A DNA stretch of 64,000 bases from an uncultured archaeon (GTDB lineage Archaea > Thermoproteota > Nitrososphaeria > Nitrososphaerales > Gagatemarchaeaceae), in contig CAWFOU010000007.1 of NCBI GenBank assembly GCA_963817525.1, positions 1,184,001 through 1,248,000 of the forward strand, given 5' to 3'. Below, in pieces: positions 28,759 through 38,727 of the stretch (its first letter is position 1; the number at the start of each line of letters is the position of its first letter). Under the pieces are notes generated by a model, which saw nothing but the letters and a program-made list of their open reading frames with translations, made no database searches and was not told the origin of the DNA. The translations under genes and the position numbers were made by a program.

Positions 28759-28871
28759 CGGGCCTTCAGCCGGCAGGCCCGTGTTTCCTTAAAGCTTGGG
28801 ATTGCATAATACTTTCACTCCACTCTCCCAATCACGGTTATATACGAACGGCACCGAATTTTTCTTCTACG

Positions 28872-31091
28872 ATGAGCTTCCACCACTCTCTCTTCAAGAA
28901 CGAGAGCGTGCTCGTCCCCGAGTACGTCCCCTCGACGACCCCGCACAGGGGCGTCCAGATGAGGGAGCTCGAAGCCTACTTCCAGGGCGTGGCGGAGCGC
29001 TCCCAGAGCGTCAGCCAGAACGTCCTGCTGCACGGGCCTGTCGGATGTCACAGAAAAGGGCAGCTGGTTTTGATGTTTGACGGCTCGCTCAAACATGTGG
29101 AAGACGTATCTAAAGGGGACCTGTTGATGGGTCCAGACAGTGCGCCAAGAAAAGTGCTCGAGACAGTACACGGCTTTGGAAAGATGGTCAAAGTCCGACC
29201 GACCAAAGGAAAACCATTTGTAGTCTCAGAAGACCACATTCTGACAATTATACAAACGCGCTTGAAGAAACATCCACGGAAACCATCTGAAGATACCGAA
29301 GGGATAATCAAAGATATCAGAGTAAGCGAATTGCTAAAGGTGGCAAAATGGCGTATTGGGCCAAAAGGACTCTACAAGTTGCTGAGGACTGGAGTGGACT
29401 TCCCTCAGATACCGATGGGACCAATCGACCCTTACTTTCTTGGGGTGTATCTAGGCGACGGTAGTAGTGCCAACGGCCTACACACCTTCACTTCAGCGGA
29501 TCCAGAAATCGTGACTGTCGTAAACAGCCAATCTGAAAAATACTTGTTGAAAATTCACCAGTATCCGGCAGGTCAAGCTCAAGAATATTATCTGACGCCA
29601 GGAAGGACTGGCGGACAAACACTGCGAAATGGGCTGGCTAGAGACCTCATGGCTTTAGGGCTATACAAGAAAACAGGCGAATCGAAATTCATTCCATCTC
29701 AGTATAAATTCGGATCAAGAAGTACGCGCCTAGAAGTTCTAGCTGGGATATTGGATACAGACGGTAATCTGGATAACGGATGCTACGATTACGTGTCAGA
29801 ATCAAAACAGCTCGCTGAAGATGTAGCATTTGTAGCTAGAAGCCTTGGGTTCTACGCTTTTCTCCGGGAGAAATATTCATACGACCAATTTGGCCATGGA
29901 GGTTTGTATTGGCGAGTCGGAATCTCGGGCAATGTATCCAAGATTCCTACTAAAGTTGCTAGAAAACAGGCGCTGCCACGAAGACAGAAGAAAAGCGTCC
30001 TTAGGACGGCCTTTACGCTAGAGCCTCTTGGGGAAGAAGAATACTTCGGTTTCAGAGTCGATGCTGATCAACGATATCTCTTGGATGATTTCACGGTAAC
30101 ACATAACTCCGGCAAGACCATGCTCGCGAAGAAGCTCGGCACGGCGCTTGAGAAGAAGGCCGCGGGCTACGGCAACCGCGTCATGTTCCTCCACGTCAAC
30201 TGCAGGATAGACAGGTCGCTGGTGGCGATATTCAACAAGGCGCTCCGGAGCCTGGGGCACACCTACCCGTCGAGGGGGCTCAGCTTCGAGGAGCTCCTCC
30301 AGGCGCTCTTCGAGGAGCTGAGGAGGGACAGGGTGCACATGCTGGTCGCCTTCGACGAGGCAGACGCCCTGGTCGAGTCCGACCCCTCTTCGCTCTACAC
30401 TATAACCAGGATCCGGGAGATATCGCCTGACGTCCAGGTCTTCTCCTCCCTCCTGATCTCCAAGACGCTCGACTACGTGAAGATGGTGGACCTGAGCACC
30501 CTGAGCTCGCTGCAGCGGAACGCGATATCGCTCGACCCGTACTCCGCCGAGCAGCTCTACGACATTCTCCTCTCCAGGAGCCAGCTGGCGTTCCGCGAGG
30601 GGTGCATCGACGACGAGTCGCTCCAGATGGCCGCAGACATCGCGAGCATGTACGGCGACGCGCGGTACGCCATCGACCTGATCCACAGGGCGGGCAACAA
30701 GGCCGAGGCGGCAGGCTCGGGCAAGGTCATGCCGGAGCACGTGAGGCTCGCGAAGGAGGGCCTGCCCCCGGAGTTCAGGAAGGAGGAGCTCGTCTACCTC
30801 GACAAGCACCAGCGCGTCATGCTGATGGCCATCTCCGGCGTGCTCAAGAAGAGCGACTCCGCGTTCGCGACCATCGGGGAGGTGGAGAAGAGCTACAACG
30901 CCCTGTGCGAGTCGATGGGCATAGCCCCGAACCACCACACCCAGGTCTGGAACGACATCAACGAGCTCGCTAGGAAGGGGATCATCGACGCCCAGCTCTC
31001 GGGCAAGGGGTTCAGGGGGAGGACCACGATGGTGGGGCTCTCCAGGGTCTCGGCCCAGCATCTTATCGAAGAGCTTCACAAAGAAGCCTGA
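28872..31091 (+). CDS. cdc6: Orc1/Cdc6 replication initiator, intein-containing
   Basis: L.PEYVP...PHR, Walker A GPVG|SGKT, VNC, DEAD, GDAR.AIDL, C-terminal wHTH with GRTT. Confidence 0.96.
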   Translation: MSFHHSLFKNESVLVPEYVPSTTPHRGVQMRELEAYFQGVAERSQSVSQNVLLHGPVGCHRKGQLVLMFDGSLKHVEDVSKGDLLMGPDSAPRKVLETVHGFGKMVKVRPTKGKPFVVSEDHILTIIQTRLKKHPRKPSEDTEGIIKDIRVSELLKVAKWRIGPKGLYKLLRTGVDFPQIPMGPIDPYFLGVYLGDGSSANGLHTFTSADPEIVTVVNSQSEKYLLKIHQYPAGQAQEYYLTPGRTGGQTLRNGLARDLMALGLYKKTGESKFIPSQYKFGSRSTRLEVLAGILDTDGNLDNGCYDYVSESKQLAEDVAFVARSLGFYAFLREKYSYDQFGHGGLYWRVGISGNVSKIPTKVARKQALPRRQKKSVLRTAFTLEPLGEEEYFGFRVDADQRYLLDDFTVTHNSGKTMLAKKLGTALEKKAAGYGNRVMFLHVNCRIDRSLVAIFNKALRSLGHTYPSRGLSFEELLQALFEELRRDRVHMLVAFDEADALVESDPSSLYTITRIREISPDVQVFSSLLISKTLDYVKMVDLSTLSSLQRNAISLDPYSAEQLYDILLSRSQLAFREGCIDDESLQMAADIASMYGDARYAIDLIHRAGNKAEAAGSGKVMPEHVRLAKEGLPPEFRKEELVYLDKHQRVMLMAISGVLKKSDSAFATIGEVEKSYNALCESMGIAPNHHTQVWNDINELARKGIIDAQLSGKGFRGRTTMVGLSRVSAQHLIEELHKEA
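29046..30107 (+). mobile_element. LAGLIDADG intein (354 aa) in the Cdc6 Walker A motif
   Basis: Starts CHRKG, SEDH block B, YFLGVYLGDG and VLAGILDTDG, ends THN followed by Ser +1; markedly AT-richer than the exteins. Confidence 0.96.
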
Positions 31092-31103
31092 GGGGCGACC
31101 ACA

Positions 31104-31430
31104 ATGGCAGCAAGAAAGACCGCGCCGCTGGTCGAGGAGCTCTTCTCCTCACACGGGCGAGTGAAGATAATGGGCATCATGATGGAGAGCAACGAGCTCA
31201 ACATCTCGGAGATCACGCGCAGGTCAGGGATATCCCACTCCTCGGTGGAAGTCCACCTGGAGGCGCTGGTGGAGCGCGGACTTCTGACGGAGAAGAGGTT
31301 CAACAGGATAAGGATATTCAAGGTGAACCACTCGAACCCCTACACCAACGCGGTGGGCCGCTTCCTCTCCGAGTGGAGGTCCATCTCTTCGGAGTCGTCA
31401 GGTCAGGCGGTGGCGAGGGCCTTCAGCTAG
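31104..31430 (+). CDS. Winged helix-turn-helix (ArsR-like) protein
   Basis: ELNISEITRRSGISHSSVEVHLEAL...G.L.EKRF.RIRIF. Confidence 0.88.
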   Translation: MAARKTAPLVEELFSSHGRVKIMGIMMESNELNISEITRRSGISHSSVEVHLEALVERGLLTEKRFNRIRIFKVNHSNPYTNAVGRFLSEWRSISSESSGQAVARAFS

Positions 31431-31437
31431 GGGGCGC

Positions 31438-31791
31438 TCAGGCCCTCAGGGCGACGTCGAAGGTCTTCGTGTACGCCCCGTAGACCGACTTTTCCGGAGC
31501 GTGGTCGGAGCAGAGGCACAGCGTCGAGACGCTCGCCCTGTCGCAGGACTCGAGGTAGGGGCACCCGGGGCACGCCACCTTCCCGCAAATGTAGCACCTC
31601 AAGGTCAGCTCCACCTCCTCTCCGGTCGCTGCCCTCAGCGTCCTCACGGCGGCCTGGAGGTCGGTCGCCGAGTCGAGCTTGAAGCCCATCGACTTGTCGT
31701 AGACGACCCCCTGCTTCATGAGGACGGCAAAGACGTCCCTCCCCAGCCTGGGGAGGTCGAACCAGCCCCCAACGAGTATCTTCTTCGCCAC
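31438..31791 (-). CDS. Hypothetical Cys-rich (putative Zn-binding) protein
   Basis: CYIC...CPGC....C.......CLC..H. Confidence 0.75.
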   Translation of the reverse strand: MAKKILVGGWFDLPRLGRDVFAVLMKQGVVYDKSMGFKLDSATDLQAAVRTLRAATGEEVELTLRCYICGKVACPGCPYLESCDRASVSTLCLCSDHAPEKSVYGAYTKTFDVALRA

Positions 31792-33005
31792 TACCTCGCC
31801 GCCTCCTTGGCCAGGAACCTGTCGAAGGACTCCAGGGAGTCGGGGTCGGCGTCGAGGCCGATGGCGCGCTCAAGGTCCTCCCTGAACTTCTTCTTGGAGC
31901 AGAGCGCGAAGACGTAGGGCAGGTCCTGGGAGCGCGCGCTCATCCCGCTCGTGTGGGCCTTCGCCGCGTACCTCAGGGATATCTCTCGCACCTTCTTCGA
32001 GTCGTTCCAGACGCGCACCAGGACCGGGAAGGGCAAGTCGTCCTGCCCTGTGTACTTCACGCCCCTCCCCTTCACGACGGGGAAGAGCTCGTCCACGAAG
32101 AGCCTGTCGAGGTAGCGGAGGAGCCTCCACTCGCCACCCTTCATCATCTTCCCGATGAGGAGGTCCGCGCTCGAGACGGCCTCCAGCGCCTTGGCCATCG
32201 CCGCGGGCGGGAGGCCCGACTTTACGATGCTCCTGTGGACCTCCCTGACCTTCTCGAAGGGGCTCATCGAGAGCGCCCTTAGGGAGGCCATCGCCTCCTG
32301 CCCGTCTGCCGCGCCGAAGAACCCGTTGAGGGCCTCGCTCTCCGTCCTGTCCCTGTCCTTGTAACGACCGCGGGTGTCGCCCTCCCCCGGCGAGGCCTGC
32401 TGGCTCCCCTGAAGGAGGTTGATCGCCTGCCGTACGTCCCCCGCCGCGTCGACCACGAAGCCATGGAGCTCCGCCTCGCCCACGGCAAGGCCCTCCCCAC
32501 GAGCTACCTCCCTCAGGTACATCTCGACCTCCCTAGGCGGCGGGGGCCTGAACCTGAAGGGGACGCAGGCGCTCGCGAGCTTCTTGATCTCGTCGGAGTC
32601 CGGGTCGTTGGCCGCCATCACGATGGGGTTCTGGCTCTCCTTCACGGACTCCTTGATGAACTCGACAGCGCCGTAGTCCGCCCTCCCCGCCAGCCCGTCC
32701 ACTTCGTCGAGGAAGATGAGCGACCTCTCGCCGAAGAGGCTCACCGTCGCCATCGCCTCCCCCAGCTTCTTCTGCAGCTTGTCCTTGGTCCTGACGTCAC
32801 TCGCGTTGAGGTCGACCAGGTTCATCCCGCTCGCCTTCGCGAGAAGGCTCACGAAAGTCGTCTTACCTGTCCCCGGGGGGCCCATGAGGAGCGCGGCCTT
32901 GGCGCCGGGCTTCCACTTCTCGAGCCAGACCGACAGCGCGAGCCGCGCCTCCTCGTTCCCAATGAGCTGGTCGGGCTTCTTGGGCCTGTACTTCTCCGAC
33001 CACAC
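31791..33005 (-). CDS. rfcL: Replication factor C large subunit
   Basis: WSEKYRPK, GPPGTGKT, LNASD.R, DEVDG, AND. Confidence 0.93.
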   Translation of the reverse strand: MWSEKYRPKKPDQLIGNEEARLALSVWLEKWKPGAKAALLMGPPGTGKTTFVSLLAKASGMNLVDLNASDVRTKDKLQKKLGEAMATVSLFGERSLIFLDEVDGLAGRADYGAVEFIKESVKESQNPIVMAANDPDSDEIKKLASACVPFRFRPPPPREVEMYLREVARGEGLAVGEAELHGFVVDAAGDVRQAINLLQGSQQASPGEGDTRGRYKDRDRTESEALNGFFGAADGQEAMASLRALSMSPFEKVREVHRSIVKSGLPPAAMAKALEAVSSADLLIGKMMKGGEWRLLRYLDRLFVDELFPVVKGRGVKYTGQDDLPFPVLVRVWNDSKKVREISLRYAAKAHTSGMSARSQDLPYVFALCSKKKFREDLERAIGLDADPDSLESFDRFLAKEAAR

Positions 33006-33008
33006 GCC

Positions 33009-33854
33009 CTAGAACGCGCCCCCGACGAAGACGATGAGCCCCAGGAGCATCCCCATGAGGGCTGTCTTCTTCACCCTCAGCGCCCCCTTGGTGTCCGCGT
33101 GGGTCAGGATGCTGTAGGCGAGGTAGACGAACGCGACGTCCGGGATGATCACCCCGAACCTGTAGATCACGTCCACCTTGATCACGAAGAGCGGCAGCGC
33201 GCTGGTCACCACCGCGAGGAGGAAGAAGAGCGCCCCCACGGCCGATGCCGCCTTGAGGCCGTGGACCGCCGCGTACGACCTTATCCCGCGCTTCTGGTCC
33301 CCAGGCACGTCGGCCATGGCCTTGACGACCTCCCTCCCGACCCCCGCGAGGAGCGAGGTGGCCGCCATGAAGAGGAGGAGCGAGCCGAAGACGTCCCCTC
33401 CTGAGACCACCCCTCCGTAGATGAATGGTATCGCGAGCGAGGACGCCACGATCAGGTTCCCCACGAGGCCGTATTTTTTCACCCGGTAGTCGTAGAGCCA
33501 GGCGAGGAGGGCGTACAGCCCCGCGATGAAGACTGCGGCGATTGACAGCGTCGCCACGGCGGCCGCCAGCCCCACCGCCAGCGTCACGCCCGCGATCGCG
33601 ACGGCCTCCCCCTTCGAGACCGCCCCGCTGGGGAGAGGCCTGGTCGGCTGGTTGACCCGGTCTACCTCGATGTCGTAATAGTCGTTCGCCACCATGGAAA
33701 ACGCGCAGACCGCAAAGCCCGTGACGAACGCCTCGGCCAGCACGGGAATTGACACAGCCGTGGGCTTGGAGACGAAGTATCCGATGATGACCGCGAACCC
33801 GATCATCGCGCAGTTGACCGGCCTTAGCATCGAGAACGAGGCCTTGAGGTTCAA
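33009..33854 (-). CDS. UbiA-family prenyltransferase (digeranylgeranylglyceryl phosphate synthase)
   Basis: RPVN, NDYYDIEVDRVNQP.RPLPSG, REVVK...D..GD. Confidence 0.92.
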   Translation of the reverse strand: MNLKASFSMLRPVNCAMIGFAVIIGYFVSKPTAVSIPVLAEAFVTGFAVCAFSMVANDYYDIEVDRVNQPTRPLPSGAVSKGEAVAIAGVTLAVGLAAAVATLSIAAVFIAGLYALLAWLYDYRVKKYGLVGNLIVASSLAIPFIYGGVVSGGDVFGSLLLFMAATSLLAGVGREVVKAMADVPGDQKRGIRSYAAVHGLKAASAVGALFFLLAVVTSALPLFVIKVDVIYRFGVIIPDVAFVYLAYSILTHADTKGALRVKKTALMGMLLGLIVFVGGAF

Positions 33855-33873
33855 GGTCGCTGACCCGGGTCGC

Positions 33874-34446
33874 CTACTTGCGGAATGTCGCCTTGGTCAC
33901 CCTGTAGTAGATGACCTCTCCCCTTCGCTCGATGACCGCTACTATCGCCTCCTTCCCCATCCTGACGATCTGTTTCACTGAGTCCCTGAGGTCCCCCAGG
34001 CTCTTTTCGGTCCCTTCGTCCAGCGCGAATATGACGAACTTCGCGGCCTTGGCCGGAAAGTCCCCCCTCTCGTACACCCTGAGGTCGGTCCCGAAGCCGA
34101 ACCCGTCCTTGACCACGTAGCCCCGGCTCCTCAGGTCCCTGTAGATGATGAACTTGGTCCACGAGTCCTTCACCCTCGCCTGGTCGGCCTTTGCGAATTC
34201 CTCGAAGGAGACGTCCTTGCCCTTCGAGTCCCTCAGGCTCATCTTCTTCGAGTAGAGCAGGTAGAGCGCCTCGAAGTCCTTGAGCCTGATGGCCTTGCCC
34301 TGCCGCTCGCCATAGCCCGCCTCCTCGAGCTCCCCGAACCTCTCCTCCTCCTCGACGGCGACCGCCCCGCCCTTGTCCAAGGTGCCTAGGATGGGGTCGC
34401 GGGCCGGCTGCTCTCCCTTCGCCCGCTCTTGCTCCTGGGTCTCCAT
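33874..34446 (-). CDS. endA: tRNA-intron endonuclease
   Basis: EALYL, YRDLRSRGY.VK.GFGFG.D.RVY. Confidence 0.9.
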   Translation of the reverse strand: METQEQERAKGEQPARDPILGTLDKGGAVAVEEEERFGELEEAGYGERQGKAIRLKDFEALYLLYSKKMSLRDSKGKDVSFEEFAKADQARVKDSWTKFIIYRDLRSRGYVVKDGFGFGTDLRVYERGDFPAKAAKFVIFALDEGTEKSLGDLRDSVKQIVRMGKEAIVAVIERRGEVIYYRVTKATFRK

Positions 34447-34490
34447 CCGCTTCCCGCGAGCCCGTCCACCGATAATAAGGGTTTCAACGG

Positions 34491-34853
34491 TCACGCGCGA
34501 GAACCCCTCAATTCCAGGACGGACCGGTAGTTCGTCAGCGCGACGAGGCACCCCAGCACAATGTAGAGCAGGTCCACGGCGAGCGGCAGGCCGCCTCCGA
34601 CCTCGAGGGCGGGCTGGGTGCTCACTATGAGGCGGAGGGCGACCCCAAAGCCTCCCAGGACCGATGCGCCGGCGTAGCCCCACCACCTGCCCATCCTGCA
34701 ATAGTGCACGAACGCAAGGCTCAGGGCGATGATCGGGATGATCAATCCCGCTGCGAGGGCACGCATCTCGAACGTTCCGGTGGCGACCGTGACAAGAAAT
34801 GCGAGCACTATTGCGAAGACAAAGACCTCGAGGAGCGGGGTCGCAGTCCTCAT
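34491..34853 (-). CDS. Hypothetical four-TM membrane protein
   Basis: Hydrophobic ORF starting MRTATPLL. Confidence 0.7.
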   Translation of the reverse strand: MRTATPLLEVFVFAIVLAFLVTVATGTFEMRALAAGLIIPIIALSLAFVHYCRMGRWWGYAGASVLGGFGVALRLIVSTQPALEVGGGLPLAVDLLYIVLGCLVALTNYRSVLELRGSRA

Positions 34854-34965
34854 GCTAAGGCTCGGCCCCCCTTCCGCGGTCAACTGAGCCCCGCGGGTCA
34901 CCCCGATTAGATAAACCCGCGAGAAAGACAAGGCTTTAGAACTCGCCGGGACCTCGGGGCACCTC

Positions 34966-36009
34966 TTGAAGGAGAACTTCTTCACCCTTCGCACCGTCAT
35001 GTGGGACGCTGGCCGGGTCAAGATGATAGACCAGACCCTCCTCCCGGGACGCCTCCTCTACCGGTCCTATTCCGGATGGGAGGGTGTCGCCGACGCGATA
35101 AGGCGGCTCGTAGTGAGGGGAGCCCCAGCGATTGGCGTCGCGGCGGCGATGGGGATAGCCGCAACTGCGGTCAACTCAAAGGCGAAGAGCAAGGAGCAGC
35201 TCCAGCTCGAGCTGGAGGGGGCGGCCTCGGGTCTGCGCGCCACCAGGCCCACCGCGGTGAACCTCTTTTGGGGGATAGACAGGGTGATGGCCGTCGCCTC
35301 GCGCTCCAAGGACCTCGAGGGAGCGAAGGAGGCGGTGGTCAGCGAGGTCGTGGAGATGGCCGAGGAGGACGTGGCCGCCTGCCGCAGGCTCGGGAGGTTC
35401 GGGGCCGACTTCATCGATGACGGGGACACGGTGATCACGCAGTGCAACGCCGGTGCCCTCGCGACGGTGGGCTACGGGACGGCCCTGGGGGTCATCAGGG
35501 CCGCGAGCGAGCAGGGCAAGTGCGTCAAGGTCATCGTCCCCGAGACAAGGCCGGCCCTTCAGGGCTCAAGGCTCACCGCATTCGAGCTATCCAAGGACGG
35601 GTTCGGGTGCACGATAATCTCGGACACCGCGGTCGGCTCGATGATGCAGTCCGGGAGGGTCGACCTGGCGATCGTCGGCGCCGACAGGATAACGAGGGAC
35701 GGCTACGTCTTCAATAAGATAGGGACATACCAGGTGGCTGTCCTCTCGAAGAGGCACGGGGTCCCCTTCTATCCCGCCGCCCCGGCCTCGAGCTTCGACC
35801 TGAAGCGGACCAATGACCAGGTGACGATAGAGGAGCGCCCCTCCGACGAGGTGGTGAAGATCCGGGGGAGGCGGACAGCCCCCAAGGGCGTCCCGGTGGC
35901 GAACCCGGCCTTCGACAGGACGCCTCCTGAGCTCGTCACGGCCATTATCACCGACAGGGGAATAATCAGCAGCCCCGTCCAGGACCACATCGCCGCCGTG
36001 ATTCGTTAA
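34966..36009 (+). CDS. mtnA: Methylthioribose-1-phosphate isomerase / aIF-2B family protein
   Basis: IDQT.LP, VRGAPAIG, RPTAVNL, CNAG.LAT..YGTA, ETRP, NKIGTY, NPAFD.TP. Confidence 0.94.
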   Translation: MKENFFTLRTVMWDAGRVKMIDQTLLPGRLLYRSYSGWEGVADAIRRLVVRGAPAIGVAAAMGIAATAVNSKAKSKEQLQLELEGAASGLRATRPTAVNLFWGIDRVMAVASRSKDLEGAKEAVVSEVVEMAEEDVAACRRLGRFGADFIDDGDTVITQCNAGALATVGYGTALGVIRAASEQGKCVKVIVPETRPALQGSRLTAFELSKDGFGCTIISDTAVGSMMQSGRVDLAIVGADRITRDGYVFNKIGTYQVAVLSKRHGVPFYPAAPASSFDLKRTNDQVTIEERPSDEVVKIRGRRTAPKGVPVANPAFDRTPPELVTAIITDRGIISSPVQDHIAAVIR

Positions 36010-36034
36010 TAACCTCGAGACCGAGCCTCCTCCT

Positions 36035-36112
36035 GGGCCCGTCGTCTAGCACGGATAGGACACGAGGCTTCGAACCTCGGTGTCGCGGGTTCAAATCCTG
36101 CCGGGCCCGCCA
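36035..36112 (+). tRNA. tRNA-Arg (UCG), CCA encoded
   Basis: GGGCCCG/CGGGCCC acceptor stem, CGAGG-CTTCGAA-CCTCG anticodon arm, GGTTCAAATCC T-loop. Confidence 0.96.
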
Positions 36113-36644
36113 CCGCTCGAGTCCAAACCCTTCGTTGCTCTTCGAACTTTCTCGGCTGGATTGAGGCATCCGACTATCATGCTGGCTTCGGAATTTAAAG
36201 ACCACCTCTCCGTTGGATTCGTATCCCGCGGTGCGCGATTAGTACTCGGGGTACTCGAGTGGTCTGGACGGGGGGGACTCGGCCGATTATTCGTCTGAGT
36301 CTTCGGCTCCCGATGGCCAAAGACCTATTGCTAGTTACTAGGAAGCATGGTTAAGGCAGTCCTCAAAATCTACGCCCCGATAGAACTTGCATCAGCTTTC
36401 GATGGAATTGAAAGAGCCAGAAGCCTAAAAACCCTATTCCTGAAACTCATCGAATTGTTGGAAGAGCTGCTAGCGCTAAGACTCGCATTCTGGCTTGCTT
36501 GCAACTAACCTAGCAGAATCAACCCAGCTGTACTTGTCAACAAATGGCTCAATCGGCTTGGCTTCGCCCTGCAGGAACGGAACCATTTACCAGAACGATG
36601 TGACGATGGCTTTATATATGCGGGACGCACCATATTCACGAATC

Positions 36645-37223
36645 ATGTTCGAAAAGCTTGCGAAAACTCGTCGACGTGGGTTCATTTTTGGGTTCGCGAC
36701 AATTTTCCTCATGCTGGTGCTGGTCTTGGGAGCGACATCGTTGGGCTTAGGGTCGAAGCCCTTCGTTTCCTCAAAGACACCGGTCATCCCAGCGAATATT
36801 CTTGCTGGAACGAATAGTCTTGCTGGAAGTCCTACATTTTCGATTCCTGGTTCGGACAATTTAACCATGTCTGTGACACCGGGAATAAATTCGACTTATA
36901 GTATTGCACTCGTTGCAGTCACTTCTTTTGGCCTCTCTGCATCATACATTGACATGCGGAATACAACATTAACAGTCCCCCAAGGGACAGGCGTATATGT
37001 CGATGGAAATAATCTCACGGCAAGTCTCTCGTCGGCCGGAATAAATCCAAGCATTCTCTCAGTATCGGCAGGCAGTCGCCCGACCCTCAATCTCACTGTG
37101 TTGATACCAAGCGGCGCAACGGCCGCCGGAGATTATTACTTCTTGCTAAACCTCTCAAGCTATTCCAATGGAAGGCTGACCTATACGCAGCAACTACATG
37201 TGGGGTTGGACATTGCTAGCTAA
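36645..37223 (+). CDS. Secreted/membrane-anchored beta-rich protein (module 1 'A')
   Basis: TTTATATA box about 27 nt upstream of ATG; basic then hydrophobic N-terminus; SVTPG and LTVPQG resemble the other A proteins. Confidence 0.75.
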   Translation: MFEKLAKTRRRGFIFGFATIFLMLVLVLGATSLGLGSKPFVSSKTPVIPANILAGTNSLAGSPTFSIPGSDNLTMSVTPGINSTYSIALVAVTSFGLSASYIDMRNTTLTVPQGTGVYVDGNNLTASLSSAGINPSILSVSAGSRPTLNLTVLIPSGATAAGDYYFLLNLSSYSNGRLTYTQQLHVGLDIAS

Positions 37224-37245
37224 GTCAGAGTTTAGAGGCGGAGTA

Positions 37246-38124
37246 GTGGTTAGCACGCTCTTGTGGATTCTGCTTCTGCTCATCGTTAGCAATGCTGCAA
37301 GCAAGGCCAGCGCATACTCAAGCTCTGATAGTGGATCGTCAATTGGCACTTGGTTTCAGTACTCAAGTGGGATGGACGAGTTTTCGGCCGACTTCTATAA
37401 CACAGGTTTCAGTTCGTCTGGCAGCAACGGATTGCTCTGGGTAGTAAGTGCCACCCTCCCAGTTTCCGGCAGTAATTGGCTTGCCCAAATTGCAATACAA
37501 GAAAACCCAAGCGGAACATCGTGTCTGAACGATGAATTGTGGTCAAGTCTGAGCACGACAGACTCCTCCAAGGAATTCCTAGTTTGTAACTCCGCGAGCG
37601 GTTTGGAGAGTGGGTGGAACACTTTGGAGCTGTATATTACTTGGAACTCTGGATACAGTGCTTACTTCGTCAACTGGTATCTTGATGGGACCTGGTACAA
37701 CTCTTGGGACATAGGTTCGTCAACTAGCACATTCAACAATGCGGAGTCGCCTTCTTTCAACTATGAAAGCGAGGACACAACTAATTCAGACTTTTCAAGC
37801 GTCCAAGCGCATGGATATTTGATGGCGAACGGGGTGGGGACCAGTTACGAAGTGCACCCCTATTTCTATGGTGGGATTTGGGGCGTCGATGAAAACGCCC
37901 TTTCCCCATGCACCACCGGGCAAAGCAGCAATTACTATATCGGCGGCCCAGATACAGAAGCAGCCACAAATGTGGGTGTGACTGGGTACGTATGGGATAA
38001 CTACGGTGCGTCATATGAATTTGGTGTTGGTGGCGCGCTCGGATCCTACTCTCCTATCACTGACCCACAGTTGGCTACTTTGTTGTCCGAAGGAATCAAT
38101 GCATGTTACGAAGAAATGGGTTGA
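37246..38124 (+). CDS. Secreted Ser/Gly/Tyr/Trp-rich protein, possibly glutamic-peptidase-like (module 1 'B')
   Basis: Signal peptide ending ASA|Y; WLAQ..I and YESED...DF; similar to 62034-62792. Confidence 0.75.
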   Translation: MVSTLLWILLLLIVSNAASKASAYSSSDSGSSIGTWFQYSSGMDEFSADFYNTGFSSSGSNGLLWVVSATLPVSGSNWLAQIAIQENPSGTSCLNDELWSSLSTTDSSKEFLVCNSASGLESGWNTLELYITWNSGYSAYFVNWYLDGTWYNSWDIGSSTSTFNNAESPSFNYESEDTTNSDFSSVQAHGYLMANGVGTSYEVHPYFYGGIWGVDENALSPCTTGQSSNYYIGGPDTEAATNVGVTGYVWDNYGASYEFGVGGALGSYSPITDPQLATLLSEGINACYEEMG

Positions 38125-38187
38125 AAAACAAGCTTCGTCCGGAAACCAAGTTCCGAAATTTCAAGAGGACTTGGCCCTTAGAATGGT

Positions 38188-38526
38188 TCAACCGGCCTGA
38201 GATGCTGGTTTGTGGGATGAGATAGCCAAGCCAATCAAAGATGGGAGCAATAGGACCAAACCGATACTGCTCTCGAGGGTCCTCCCATTGCAGGAACAAC
38301 CCGGGTAGCTCGACAACTGATCAACGTATCCTGAAGCACAGGTACAACCATAGATTAATCCAACAGCCACGAGCGCGCTTCCAAAAAAAAGGCCTACGGC
38401 CGACAGAGCAATAACAGCTTCGCGACTCAATTTATTACCCACCTTCTGGATTCTCGATATGGACAGCATTTGGAGCGCTTTATCCTTTTTCGGCTCAGCT
38501 AGTTCGGCTTCAGTGTCGCGGGTCAA
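38188..38526 (-). CDS. Small two-TM protein with Cys-rich loop
   Basis: TM-CTC...CSC-TM; convergent with module 1. Confidence 0.6.
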   Translation of the reverse strand: MTRDTEAELAEPKKDKALQMLSISRIQKVGNKLSREAVIALSAVGLFFGSALVAVGLIYGCTCASGYVDQLSSYPGCSCNGRTLESSIGLVLLLPSLIGLAISSHKPASQAG

Positions 38527-38727
38527 TTTCGATGATCAGGCTAGGCCGGAAGGACTGGCATCCGACTCGGGGGGAGGGTTCCGCCCCGTATTAGGAGCGA
38601 GTCCCTCGTTTACCGCCGAGTGGGTCTGGAACCTTGGCGTTCCACACCTTTGTTCATGAGAATACGGAGGCGACGGGCTATTATTCCCCGCTATTCAGTT
38701 GGATGACCAGAGTCAGTATCCTCGTCT

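Noticed and set aside
28759-28871. Replication origin (ORB boxes) next to cdc6
   Set aside because: Short intergenic region with no convincing TTCCAGTGGAAA/G-string; the CCACTGGA near 28077 lies inside the IS605-like end
1335-36009. Many long overlapping or antisense ORFs (e.g. 1335-2900, 1813-2925, 11842-13491, 30018-31079)
   Set aside because: Shadow frames of high-GC3 genes; Arg/Pro/Gly-rich with no motifs
36495-36644. Long N-terminal extensions in the ORF track (also 12389, 17218, 34701, 40209, 42223)
   Set aside because: Extensions overlap promoters or other genes; downstream starts fit motifs and TATA spacing better
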